This document shows, piece by piece, positions 1 through 12,220 of a stretch of DNA of 64,000 bases (its first letter is position 1; each line of letters opens with the position of its first letter). The stretch lies in assembly GCF_009914755.1 (NCBI RefSeq), contig NC_060932.1, one strand, 5' to 3'. Made by a program: the position numbers and the translations under genes. The DNA is from the human T2T-CHM13v2.0 reference genome, Homo sapiens. The notes beneath the pieces were generated by a model that did not search any database, was not told where the DNA came from, and saw nothing but the letters and a program-made list of their open reading frames with translations.

Positions 1-540
1 AAAAAGTGAAAACACAGTATTTAAACAGAATTTTCCAACAGCCTGCATATAGTGAGGACTTCTCAAGCTTCTGAATCCTTTTCCATTGAATTGTGCAATG
101 GCACATGTATGAGCAAAGTCAAGCCTCCTGGCTCCCAGGTAGGCACAGCCCAGTTCTTAGCTCCTAGGAAGCTTCAGGGCTTAAAGCTCCACTCTACTTG
201 GACTGTACTATCAGGCCCCCAAAATGGGGGGAGCCGACAGGGAAGGACTGATTTCCATTTCAAACTGCATTCTGGTACTTTGTACTCCAGCACCATTGGC
301 CGATCAATATTTAATGCTTGGAGATTCTGACTCTGCGGGAGTCATGTCAGGGGACCTTGGGAGCCAATCTGCTTGAGCTTCTGAGTGATAATTATTCATG
401 GGCTCCTGCCTCTTGCTCTTTCTCTAGCACGGTCCCACTCTGCAGACTCAGTGCCTTATTCAGTCTTCTCTCTCGCTCTCTCCGCTGCTGTAGCCGGACC
501 CTTTGCCTTCGCCACTGCTCAGCGTCTGCACATCCCTACA
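1..540 (+). promoter_or_regulatory. STMN2: STMN2 proximal promoter and pyrimidine-rich 5'UTR
   Basis: Lies directly upstream of the ATG at 541 (context acaATGG). CT-rich leader at about 405-540. No clear canonical TATA box. Confidence 0.6.
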
Positions 541-559
541 ATGGCTAAAACAGCAATGG
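541..559 (+). CDS. STMN2: STMN2 coding exon 1 (MAKTAM + first base of codon 7)
   Basis: ATGGCTAAAACAGCAATGG followed by donor gtaagg at 560. Phase 1. Confidence 0.97.
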
Positions 560-999
560 GTAAGGCACTGCGCCTCGTTCTCCGTCGGCTCTACCTGGAG
601 CCCACCTCTCACCTCCTCTCTTGAGCTCTAGAAGCATTCAGAGATATTTTATAAAGAAAAAGATGTTAATGGTAACACAGGACCAGGAAGGACAGGGCAG
701 TTCTGGGGGAGGTGGGAGGGCAGAGAAGAGGTCTATGGAAATCTAAAGCGAAGAATTTCTTTTAAAAGGTAGAAGCGGGTAAGTTGCCCTCCTATGGGTA
801 GAGAATTTATTCTGTTTCCATATTTAAAATTAGGACTCAATCGTGAGGGGAGGAAGCTACCTTAACTGTTTGCCTTAAATGGGCTTAAGGGACATTTTGG
901 AAAGTGCTTTATAACGACCTTTTTTTTTTTATTTCTTCTCTAGTTTAAGAAGAAAATAGGAAAGGGGTAAAGGGAAGGTGGGAGAAAGGAAAAAGAAAA

Positions 1000-2920
1000 T
1001 TGCAAAGTCAAAGCGGTCCCATCCCGCTGTTTGAAAGATGGGTGGAGACGGGGGGAGGGGATGGAGAGAACTGGGCACATTTTACGGTATTGTCTCGTCG
1101 AAGAAACCGCTAGTCCTGGGGTGCGGTGCAGGGAGGTAAGACGGCGGGGGACAGGGTGGGGGTAGGACCTCCGCTCCTTTGTTTTAGGGCAAGGGAGGGG
1201 AAGGAGAGAGGAAGTCGCGGAGGGCGTGGAGGGCGCGGGTGGGCAGCTGCAGGGGCGGGGAAGCGCGCGGCAGGGAGGGGTGGAGGGACAGCGGCTTCGA
1301 AGGCGCTGGGGTGGGGTTTCTTTGTGTGCGGACCAGCGGTCCCGGGGGGAGGCACCTGCAGCGCTGGGCGCACAATGCGGACAGCCCCACCCAGTGCGGA
1401 ACCGCGCAGCCCCGCCCCCCGCCCGGTGCTGCATCTTCATTCGAAAGGGGGTCGGGTGGGGAGCGCAGCGTGACACCCAGGAGCCCAACCCTGCGGGGAC
1501 AGCGGCGCCACGCCCCGCGCTCCCCGCTCCCGACTCCCCGCCGCGGCTTCCAAGAGAGACCTGACCACTGACCCCGCCCTCCCCACGCTGGCCTCATTGT
1601 TCTGCTTTTAAGAGAGATGGGAAAAGTGGGTTAACATTTTTCTTTTCGGAAGCAAATTACATAGAGTGTTTAGACATAGACACAGATAAAGGGTTCTTTG
1701 AAGACCTTTGATCGTTTGCGGGAAAAGCTTCTAGAACCTAGACATGTGTATGTATAATAATAGAGATGACATGAAATCGTATATAAAGCAAAAGAGGTCA
1801 AAGTCTTAAGTTAAGCCACGCGAAATTTCCGTTTTGTGGGTCAGACAGTGCCAAATATCGGCAATTTCATAAGCTCAGAGAGACAAGACAGTGGAGACAC
1901 AGGATGACCGGAAAAGATTCTGGATTCAGGGCCTTCATCCGCAATTGGTCTTGTGCCTTGAGTGCCCACGGTTCTGGCGCTCAGTGGCCCCGGGGTGAAA
2001 AGGCAGGGTGGGGCCTGGGGTCCTGTGGCAGCTGGAAGCACGTGTCCCCCGGGACTTGGTTGCAGGATGCGGAGACAGGGAAAGCTGCCGAAAGGACTCC
2101 ATCTGCGCGGCTCCGCCCTGCCCTACCCTCCCCGCGGAGCCGGGGAGACCTCAGGCTCCGAGACTGGCGGGGAAGAGGAATATGGGAGGGGCAGTTGAGC
2201 TGTATGCAGTCCTGGAACCTCTTTTTTCAGCCCCGCAGTCCACAACGGCCCGAGCACCCCTTGATGTGCGCAGACCCCCGGCGTGGCTCTCAGCCCCAGC
2301 ACCGAGCCCCTCCCAGCCAAGCGGGTGGCTCTGCAGAAAAGCTGGCTCGAGCCCCGCCCGGCCACACAAAGGCGCGGCCCCACCCAGCCCGGGCGCGAGA
2401 CCGCAGAGGTGACCCCCTTCCCAGGGATTCAGGGAGGGCTGTCTCTTCTCGCCCACCCACGGTCCGCGGAGCTCGGGGCTTTTTTTCCCCCAGCCCAAGC
2501 CCCCCGCCCACCCTCTGTTCTCTATGATTTTCCAGAATGGAGACCCCGCGAGGGGCTTCTCTAAGGGAGACCCTCGCTCCTCCAGCGGGGCGCGGCTCGG
2601 CCCCACCCCTCCCAGCTGAGGCCCAGAGCCGCCTACCGCTGGCCGGGTGGGGGCGCACGTGGCGACTGGGTGTGTGGAGCGCAGCCAGCCCTGCAGAGCC
2701 CCGCGCCGCGCCCTGCGCTCCCCTCCCCGGAGTTGGGCGCTCGCCCCCGCGGTGCAGCCGGGGAGACCGGTTTCTGCGCAGTGTCCTGAGCTACCCCCGC
2801 TTTCCACAATTCGCAGTTCACTCGCACGTCCAGAAAGGTTCTGAGAATGGGTGGTGGGGGCGATCTCGCCTCGCTTTCTGCACCCCTCAGAAAGGTTTCC
2901 GCTGCAGGCTAGTGGCTGCA
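1000..2920. promoter_or_regulatory. CpG island in the 5' part of intron 1
   Basis: Sharp rise in GC and CG dinucleotide density, with GC boxes (e.g. ggggcgggg at 1252), against AT-rich flanks. Confidence 0.85.
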
Positions 2921-5807
2921 AACTCATCGTCATCATCAGTATTATTATCATTTCAAATCGTTGTTATTATTTAATGATTCAGTAGCCTTGTTTGTTCTCA
3001 TTTGTTCAAAAGGGACGTGGATTGCTCTTGGTTAAGGATTAACCCTTGTTGCGTTCACTTTGCTTCCTCCTAATTGCCCTCATCCCTTTCCCCCACAAAA
3101 AGGTAAATTTGTCTCCAGTTGTTCATTTTAAGTTATAAAGCAAATATATTTTTGCTTCCTGCCAGGATTATGTATGTTCATGTGGCTAAGATACATGTGC
3201 AAGTGCTTGCTAAGAGCAGGGTTTGTGTGCCAACGATTGCTGGAAAATTCTCTGCAAAGAATTGTTTGTGGCTGCAATGGGTGAGAATACACATATATAA
3301 TTGAGATGATCTTCAACATAAGGTTATATCTATAAATATATAAATATAGTTTATGCACAAAATTTTAAGTTTTTTCCCCTGAAACTGTTCTTCCAACTGC
3401 TGATTCTTGATACAGCCTCAATCCTACACAGATACATGGATCGTGAAATGGTAGCCGCCATCCAAATAAAAATCCCACCCCAAATATGACAAACGCAAGC
3501 ATCCTTTCTGGCCATAATTTAACTGCATTTGCAAATCATGAAAAAAACACTACTTCTGCAGTATTAAAATAATAGATTTTGAAATTAATTCCAATTTCAA
3601 AGATAATTAATTATCAGGACGAGTGCTTTTTTCCTGATTCATTAAACAATTATGTATTCAGCATGATTGTAAGAGGTGCATATAATATTCCCCATTATCT
3701 TTTCTAATGAAGTGGGCACCTTCTGAATGGATATATAAGTAACTAGAAATGAAAAGCTGAGGATTTGGTCAGAATTTCAGGATAAAACTGAAAGAAATGG
3801 CAGTAGTTTATCAATTAATCTCATGTATTTAGTTTATACCAGGTGAGTAAGCTGAGCCTGCAATAAACACTCTCTGTCCCAGTGTAACACGTCGCAGGTA
3901 GCTAGAATGATAGGATAAATTAATAGACCTTGTGGTGTTTGTCTATGCACGTTAAAATTCTCTGAGAGAAAGTATATTTTAAAATGATAATTAAGATTGG
4001 ACATTTGTGCTATTAAAATCTACAACTTTAGTCAAAATTCACAATGGTTTTTTTTTACAATAATGTGACTTACAGATTTGTAGTAAATTATTCTATTCTA
4101 AAAGAGAAATGAGTGTTTTTATTGTTACAGCTATTACCTCATTAATATTTTTAGCAAACTTTTATTTGTTGCATTGAAAGCAGTTTTAATTACTTTGGGT
4201 TTTTATTTTTCAAATTACTAATGGATAGATGGTGGAATAAGCATTTAATCATTTGGCACAATATGACTTCCATCAAATAGCTCATTCTCAGTGATTAAAA
4301 AATGCTACAAGAGGCTACAATTTACTCAGATTCAGGAAATGTCCTTTCAGAGTGCCATAAGGCTGATTCATATAATAAAATAGTTTTCTTCCCTATAATT
4401 TAAGATCAAATAGTTACTTAGTTCTGTGAATACCTAGCAGTAGCTATCAAACAGAATTTTAAAGTTAAATCTGTACAACTAACAATGAAGTGGAGGATGA
4501 ATCGATACATATTGAATGGAAGACTTTGTCATTGATAAATTCAGGCCATCTTTAGGAAAATTCCGGATTTATCAATCACCATTATTTTTTACTTCAACTG
4601 AGTGTGACTGATCACATGCTCAGGCTACCTTGGTAGCTCATTGCTCACAGGAGGCTGAAAAAAGCTGGCCTCCGAGCAGGAGGAAGCTCAGAGCACAAAC
4701 CTAGGCCTGGGCGTGGCCACTGGGAGCTGCTGATAGCGAACCCCAGCTCACACCAGTTTCTTTTTTGGTCGTGGGAAGAAAAACACATATTATCCTGTTG
4801 TCACAAGATCTGTGACCTTATATGAAAAAATGCTAGAATTTTTTCATTAAAAAAGAAAATACTGAACTAGCCAGTGACCCAGATGTTTTCAGAACCTAGA
4901 CTGGTTCTGTCCATTGGAAAACCTCGGTGTCTGCATTAACTTTTCACCACACTAGAGGGCAATCATGTTCTCTAAAAAAGCAGATGATTGATGTAAACCT
5001 AGTTCCAAATATTAACTGTTTAATAAAATCTTTTCTTTTACCAGGAACATTCAAGTGTTTATTCAATAAGCTGATGCCATGCTTTACCCTAGTGGATGAA
5101 CAGAGCTTGTACAATTTTCAAGGAGACAGGATGAAATGAGTGGTCATAATCTGAAAGTAGATACACGCCCTGGTTAATTATTCCCTGATGGTTTTACTTC
5201 TCAGTTTTATTACATTGTTATTATAATACCACTTATGTTACTTCTGAGATTTTGTAGTGGATAAATAGTAGAAAAATGTCAGTAGTAATAGCAAAGTTAT
5301 TTAGCAGCCGAATATTTTAATGCTTAAAAATAAAGGAATAAATTAAAGAAAATCATTGTTTACTTCTTCATCGATTGAAATGTGCCCCCTGTTCAGAGCA
5401 CATCTGAATATCAGAGTCTCCACCTGCAGAGAACATGCAGCTTAGCGAGTAAAACAGGCAGGTATGTGATACTGAGGAGGTGTACCAAAAACTGACTGCT
5501 GTTATTTTTCCCATCTTCTAAGTCTGTCTTTCTTTTCCATTTAAAGATGCCTTTTTAAATCTAATCCAATGTGATTTCAATCTAATTTTATCAGATTTCA
5601 ACAATTATTGAGCATCTCCTTGTAGTGGTTTTCTGTTTATTAGAAAATCGATGTTAATTTTAACGAAGTAAGAAGAAATATATAAGTATAAACTAATTTT
5701 GGGTATCATCAAAAGTGGATTTTTTAAATATGCATTGATAGAATTATTTTTTGATTACATTTTATGTAATTCTAATCCAGCTATAAAATATTTAATAGTG
5801 TCATATT

Positions 5808-5965
5808 ACTGTGTTCCTCAAACTTTGATGTGCATATGAATTACCTTTGATTTTCATTAAAATGCAAATTCTGATTCAATACATCTGGCTTGAGGCAGAC
5901 ATTCTGTCTTCCGAACAAGCTCCCAGATGATGCTGATTCTGACCACTAAACACATCAGTTTTAGG
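5808..5965. mobile_element. MER5-like DNA transposon (hAT-Charlie) relic
   Basis: ctcaaactttgatgtgcatatgaattacct ... aacaagctcccagatgatgctgat resembles the MER5 consensus. Confidence 0.55.
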
Positions 5966-6216
5966 GATATTAACTTGTAATATACAGGTATCCCTCCTGG
6001 TAAGCTCTGGTATTATGTCTTAACATTTTTAAATCTATGGTAATCTTTACAAAATATTTTACTTCCGAACTCATATACCTAGGGATTTTATTACTCTGGG
6101 AATTATGTGTTCTGCCCCATCACTCTCTCTTAATTGGATTTTTAAAATTATATTCATATTGCAGGACTCGGCAGAAGACCTTCGAGAGAAAGGTAGAAAA
6201 TAAGAATTTGGCTCTC

Positions 6217-6240
6217 TGTGTGAGCATGTGTGCGTGTGTG
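6217..6240 (+). promoter_or_regulatory. TDP-43 binding element (three UGUGUG motifs)
   Basis: tgtgtgagcatgtgtgcgtgtgtg, 24 nt, starting 52 nt downstream of the cryptic acceptor. Confidence 0.92.
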
Positions 6241-6367
6241 CGAGAGAGAGAGACAGACAGCCTGCCTAAGAAGAAATGAATGTGAATGCGGCTTGTGGCA
6301 CAGTTGACAAGGATGATAAATCAATAATGCAAGCTTACTATCATTTATGAATAGCAATACTGAAGAA

Positions 6368-6373
6368 ATTAAA
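6368..6373 (+). terminator. Cryptic premature poly(A) signal ATTAAA
   Basis: ATTAAA about 18 nt before a CA dinucleotide (6391-6392), followed by a U-rich downstream tract. Confidence 0.9.
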
Positions 6374-7189
6374 ACAAAAGATTGCTGTCTCAATATATCT
6401 TATATTTATTATTTACCAAATTATTCTAAGAGTATTTCTTCCTGAATACCATGTGAGAAAATTCTTAAGAATTTATTGAGTATGACTGTATATTTGAAAA
6501 GAGTGTTTTCTTCTGCTTATCTAAGCCAATAAAGGATCTTCATTATTCAATTCTAACTTTCTAAGGAAGTCAACCTACAGATCAGAAAGAGGATCTTCAA
6601 GGAATAGCATCAAAGACATAGTCAGGTCTCCCATGCAGTGACTGGCTGACCATGCAGCCATTACCACCTTTCTGGAAATATTATGCTGCAAAAATGATAC
6701 AATACACGAAATATCTCAAATTAAAAAATATAACATTTCCCAAATAGGGCACTAAAAACATGATCCCAAATAAAACTAGCTTCAGGGTTTGCAGAATATA
6801 CTGTTACTCAACACAAAGTTGGACTAAGTCTCAAAGTTAGCCATTCAGTTGTTGTTAACAGTTCATTTCAGGGTCTCTCAGAAGCTGGGAAACTTTCCAT
6901 TTTTGCAATTTCTTGTACATTGAAGGAAAGGAAGACACACTTAAGACAGCATTACAAAAGTAATTCATGTTTTAAATGTTTAATTCTGGCAGTCGGGCAG
7001 GGCTCTCTGTATAACCTCATTTGGAGATGACAAAAATCTAAACTTGAGGGCCTCGAGCCAATAAGTCTTCCTATTTCTTTACTCAAACATTTTCCCGCAA
7101 TGGTGCTTTCTTTCAACTGTTTTTCTGGTGTATTCATAAATTCCAGATTCTCTATGGGAAGTAACTTTTATTGATTGATTTAACCCTTG

Positions 7190-7400
7190 TATAGCACATA
7201 TAACATGCAAGGCATTGTTCTAAGAACTTTCCACATATTAACTGTGTTAATCACTTAATAATCCTAAGTAGGTTCTATTACAGATATGGAAACTGAGGCA
7301 CAGAAAGTTGAAGTATCTTACTCAAGGTCACACAGTTAGTCAGATCCAGAATTTGGGCCCAGGCCATCTGGCTTCGGAATCCAACTTTCACCGATTGCTG
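7190..7400 (-). mobile_element. MIR SINE
   Basis: Reverse MIR core: acagatatggaaactgaggcacagaaagttgaagtatcttactcaaggtcacacag. Confidence 0.8.
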
Positions 7401-9499
7401 CTAGTCTCATATCTGTTCCATGTTAGAGGTGAGCTCCCATTGCAGAGGTCACACCTGTGATATCACCATTTTATTTAAACAGACCAGAGATGGTCTTCTC
7501 CTTTCTGATCACAGACTCACCTTGAAGAGAAAATACTTCCAAATTGATGCCTAGTTTTAATAGCTTACCTGGGGCTTATTCAAATAATTGCCATGATTTA
7601 GGCTTTGGGAGAAAGAGAGCTATGAGGCCGTGTGGGTTGTAACGTATGAGACACATGGCGTTCTGCAGGCTCAGCACAGCATCGATTTCTGGTGGGAACA
7701 CACTCTGATGACCAGTTCCAGAAATAACATTGACTTAATCTCCTCAGTCCCATCATGGTTAGCACATTTCAAAATGCCTCCTTAACTACTTCCATAGGCC
7801 AGAGATATTTAGTTTTAACATTTTGTTGAATAAAATAAATTTACACATTCACATTTAATATAACTATTAGATGTTATTTCAAGATTCTCTTCATATTACC
7901 ATCAAAGCAGGCAGGCAGGCAGGAGAGAACTGTAGGAAGGTTTTGAATCCCTTGTGAAACATTTTTAATTATCTTTTAATAAAGGAATCAGGCCCTGTCA
8001 TTTGTCAAGGAGACATTTGCAGTAGTAAAGCTTGTGTTTATAATATCCATTTTTATTAGTCATGATTAAAGATAACATTCGTGTACATTTGTTCTCACAA
8101 AACACTTTTATATGAGTGTAAAGGTTAATTAATGCATTTCAGCCATCATTTTGCTGGTCATGTGGAAATATAGCTTCTTTAGGAATTGTACTTAGAGTAG
8201 GAGCCACATATTATACTATAAAACCATAACAAAAATATTTTAAGTTTGTTCTCACTTGTTGTTGACCTCCAGAGTAAAATATTTAATACTCTGGAAAGTT
8301 ATGGGTTTCAAAATTTATTTTATGGCAAGAAATAGATAATTACAGTTCTCATAGAGCACATTTAAAATAATTTATTTTTATAGGGCAAAAATATTGCCTA
8401 GGACTGAATGATTTTTTTTTTTTTACAAAGATTGTAAAGCAACGCCTGCAAGAGTGCCCATTTAGCAGTTATTCTTCTGGAATAATTGTATTTTGGATGT
8501 TGGAGTTCGCACATTAACCATTAGTACAAGTACCCAATATAACAATAGATCATCAGGATAATAAATCTGTCCATCTTTTAGTTGTATGTCTTTATATCAG
8601 GATAAAGAGAATTGAGTGAAATTTATCTAAACCTAGTCCCACAAATACTTTTACAAGAGAGCATGTTAAAGTGTAAATTAAATTTTTATTAGCATTCTAC
8701 TCTGTCTTTGGAAGTTTTTTTTCCTTATGAAATGCAGCCATAAAGTTTAACTTCCATTAACAAAGCTGCTCACAGTAAACCTATTATAATAATAGTTTCC
8801 CAGTTTGGGCTTCCTAGTGAGGAGCAACCTAACTCACACGAAACAACCCCAACTTATAATATATTGACTGTTACAAAACTGAGACCAGAAAATCCCATCA
8901 AGATGGTACTGTTATCATTTCCAGACTCTCGGGAAGAACATTAATCATCTCAGGCACTTTTAGGATAGACTTATTGCAGCCTCCCTGGGAACTCTGCTTC
9001 AGAACATAATTATTTTTATTAATGCAGAGTTACTTTTTATTTCCAACAAAAATATCTATTGTTATTATTTAAGTCTTACAGCTTTATCTGAGAAATTCCA
9101 ATTAGCACCCTTCTCATAATAAATATTCAAACACATGAAAAATTACCAAAGTTGTTCTAGTCTTTTAATGACATATTACATGATCCTGCACTCTTGTCAC
9201 TTTAAAAATTATCTTTTTATTATATTTCTGATGATTTTTTTCTTATATAGTTTTTTAAAAGGAGCAGGCAAGCATAGAAGACTAAAAAATGTTCAAAAGA
9301 AAAATTAAATCGCATGATCTATCTATATGGGACCTTGTCATTTTTAGAAAACATTCACCTGCTTCATCCTTTTGAATCTTCATATAATCCCTCTGAGATG
9401 GGCATACTATACAAGTTGTCTTATTTAAAGATTGGTAAATTTAAGCTCATATAATTTATTCAGTGGCAAGCCTCAGAGGCAGACTCGGAACACAGGTCT

Positions 9500-9645
9500 A
9501 ATATATATTATATATATATTATAACATATAATATATATATTACATATAATAAAGTTGTGTATATTATTTACCTATCAAAATATTTATATGTAATATATAA
9601 ATATGTTATATATCATGTATGTGCCTATTTCATACATATATACAC
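9500..9645. repeat. TA-rich low-complexity repeat
   Basis: Degenerate (TA)n/(ATATT)n tract. Confidence 0.75.
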
Positions 9646-10129
9646 ATTCATGCAAAATAAGGTTTAGCACTCCCTCCACTGTCCTGTAATAAAACATGCA
9701 CAGTGAGAATAGTCATACACGAGGCATATTTGTCTTCAGTTTAAAGTCATTGATAGTCAGTGTCACTAACTAAAGTAAAATAGATTGGAGCACCAACTTT
9801 GTTCTGAAGCCTGTGCCAGGTATTATGAGAACAAAAATAAAAATGTTCCTCACCCTTGGTGGATTTAGTCTTTTGCAGAAAAAAAGATCCTGTACATGTC
9901 AGAAAGTTCAATAGTAATAATGGTAATTTATAACTATAAATGGAAGTCACCATCTCACAATTTCACCATCTTAACAATTTTGTTAAACTGCCCTACAATA
10001 TTACAAGATAGTACATAATGATACACTAGTAACATCAACTAGGAAGTACCAAGATCCACCAAAAGGCTGAAAAATTTAAATATTTAATGAGTCCATCAAC
10101 CAATCTGGCCAGAGAATTCTTTAATTAAA

Positions 10130-10292
10130 ATGCTTCCCAAATTTTACTGAGAATCAGCAGCGTTTGAGGAGCTAGCCTCCACCCCCAGAGGTTCTCACTC
10201 TATTAGGTCTGAAGCAGGTCCCATGGATTTGCATTTCTAACAAGCTCCCAGGTGGTGCTGATGAGGCTGATTCAGAACCACACTTGGAGTAG
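10130..10292. mobile_element. MER5-like DNA transposon relic
   Basis: atttgcatttctaacaagctcccaggtggtgctgatgaggctg...accacacttggagtag. Confidence 0.7.
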
Positions 10293-12180
10293 ACCTAAAA
10301 CAGCAGTGACCTGTAGGGTCCCCAAGCAGCAGGCCAGGACAGCATGTGAGTTACGTCCTCTGTGGAGCTCTGCAACAAGGCGTCAAGAGGTCAGAGTCTA
10401 AGTCCCCATCAGCTCTGCCCTTCTCCACCAGTGCTGCTGGTGCTGCATGGAAGGAAGAGCCCAGAAGGGATTCTGAGTTTCAGTCTTTACTCTTGCTGAC
10501 GCACCTTGGTCAGGTCAATTTTCCTGTTTGTTCCTCTAATTCAGCATCTGTAAAATAGCCATGTGAACTGCCTTGTCCATATCAGAGGGTCTTTTTCAGA
10601 CTCAAGGAAAAAAACGTGAAAGTGATTAGTGTCTGTCAAGTAGTATATAAATGCAAGAAGTTGAGTTTTTAAATTGTCATTAGATATAAATACCCATGTG
10701 CATGCATTTAGAATGAGTAAAGAGGGAACAAGGAGCGCAATCAAAAACTGCGTCATTTGCTTTTTGAAAAATACTTTCTATGTAATGAAAAGTGAAATAA
10801 AATGTTAATTGAGTCCCTCTGACAACAGCATCAGACGTTTTGCAGTTCTTGTGATTAGAACCCACCTGGCCAGCCCTTCTTCCTCCTAAAGAAGAGCCTT
10901 CTTCTTCTTAAATGAAGGTTGGCTCAGAAGAAGCAATTAACTCATTCAACGTTTTGTTACAGTCAATCCACATCCAACTTTTCCCCAACTCAATCTGCTT
11001 TAAGGGAAGGATGGTAAGTGGTGGCCCAAGATGGCAACCATCAAGCTTAGAGAATCTCTAGAAGCAGGGGTGTCCCCAGCAAGTAGACACTGAAAATATG
11101 AGAGGGCTGATAAGCCAGAGATAAAACTCAGTACTTACTTTGCTTCTAGTCCATGTCTACCCCTTTCTTGGCACCACCTTGACACTACCCTCTGAGTCCA
11201 CCTTCCTGAGATGGTACAAACTCTGCTTAGACAAAGCAGCCCATGTCCAAATGTGTTAGGGCTCAGTTTAAAGCTGCCTTCAAAAGTTAAAACAGAAGTG
11301 TAAAGTTCTGTGCAATTAAAAATAATCAGCTTGTCTTGGAACTCAAACGAATGTAAAATCCTATGAAAATTAAAAAGCAGTACCACAAGTTACCCCAAAA
11401 GTCCTTAGGTCAGTAACTGTTCCTGTTACAGGTAAGAGAGAGCGTGGATTAGAGGTGGGCGTGGGTATCCAGTGGACATGGTTTTGAACCATGCTCCACT
11501 ACTACTCACTATCTGAGAATTCTTAAATTTATTAATCATTTCTATATTATAATTTTCTCAGTTATGAAATGGGAAAACAATACCTAAATCACATGGTTGT
11601 TAAGTAAGCAATTGATTGTTAAGCATTTGGTCATCAAAAATATTAATCCCCTTCCCTGATTCCCTAGATAAATGATGAAAATACTAAATAAAAATAATAA
11701 AAATTTAAAGTGAACATCTCAATTCTTATACTTTGTTAATTTCTACATGTATTACAAATCTACTAGAAATTACTTGGAATTGAGGAAATGATTACTGCTT
11801 AATAATTCTTTGTGGTAGAGGGAGAGTTGGTATCATATTTATGAGACAGCAGCCAATATAGTATATCTCAAAGGAAAAAATCCATTCTACATAATGCCAG
11901 AATTTAATAGTTAAGCATTTTATCTAGGTCACAGCACAATAAGCAAGATGGATAATTAAAATAAAAGTATATTTCTCTTGCATATATTTCTCATTTCATG
12001 TTTCCCTATCATATTTTATATCTTACCTTACTTCAAATACATATATACCTTCAATAAAACTGAGCCTTCTTGCTTACCCAGGAAGTTTCATCATTCAGTA
12101 GAAATAAAAGATGACTTTAGAAATATTAAAATACAAAAATCTACACTGAGGTCTTTTGAATGCAGGAAAAAGAATTATAT

Positions 12181-12220
12181 CACACACACACGTACACGCA
12201 CGCATGCATACACACACACA
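12181..12220 (+). repeat. Interrupted (CA)n microsatellite
   Basis: cacacacacacgtacacgcacgcatgcatacacacacaca. Confidence 0.85.

Larger units (their letters stand above)
6165..6391 (+). other. STMN2: STMN2 cryptic terminal exon 2a (TDP-43-repressed)
   Basis: Acceptor tattgcAG|GACTCGGCAGAAG. In-frame TAG at 6194-6196 gives MAKTAMGLGRRPSRER*. UG-rich motif at 6217-6240, ATTAAA at 6368-6373, cleavage near 6391. Matches the published cryptic exon. Confidence 0.95.

Noticed and set aside
286-306. RE1/NRSE-like TCCAGCACC
   Set aside because: Only the left half-site matches and there is no GGACAG right half. The classic SCG10 silencer lies further upstream, probably outside the window.
385-540. 52-codon in-frame open stretch upstream of the STMN2 ATG
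   Set aside because: No in-frame ATG, the near-cognate starts have poor context, and part may lie upstream of the TSS.
1368-1510. GGACAGC right-half RE1-like motifs
   Set aside because: No correctly spaced left half-site. Likely chance in GC-rich DNA.
940-2974. Many long overlapping ORFs (up to 266 aa) on both strands
   Set aside because: Pro/Gly/Arg/Ala-rich translations with no recognisable domain. Expected from stop-codon depletion in a CpG island.
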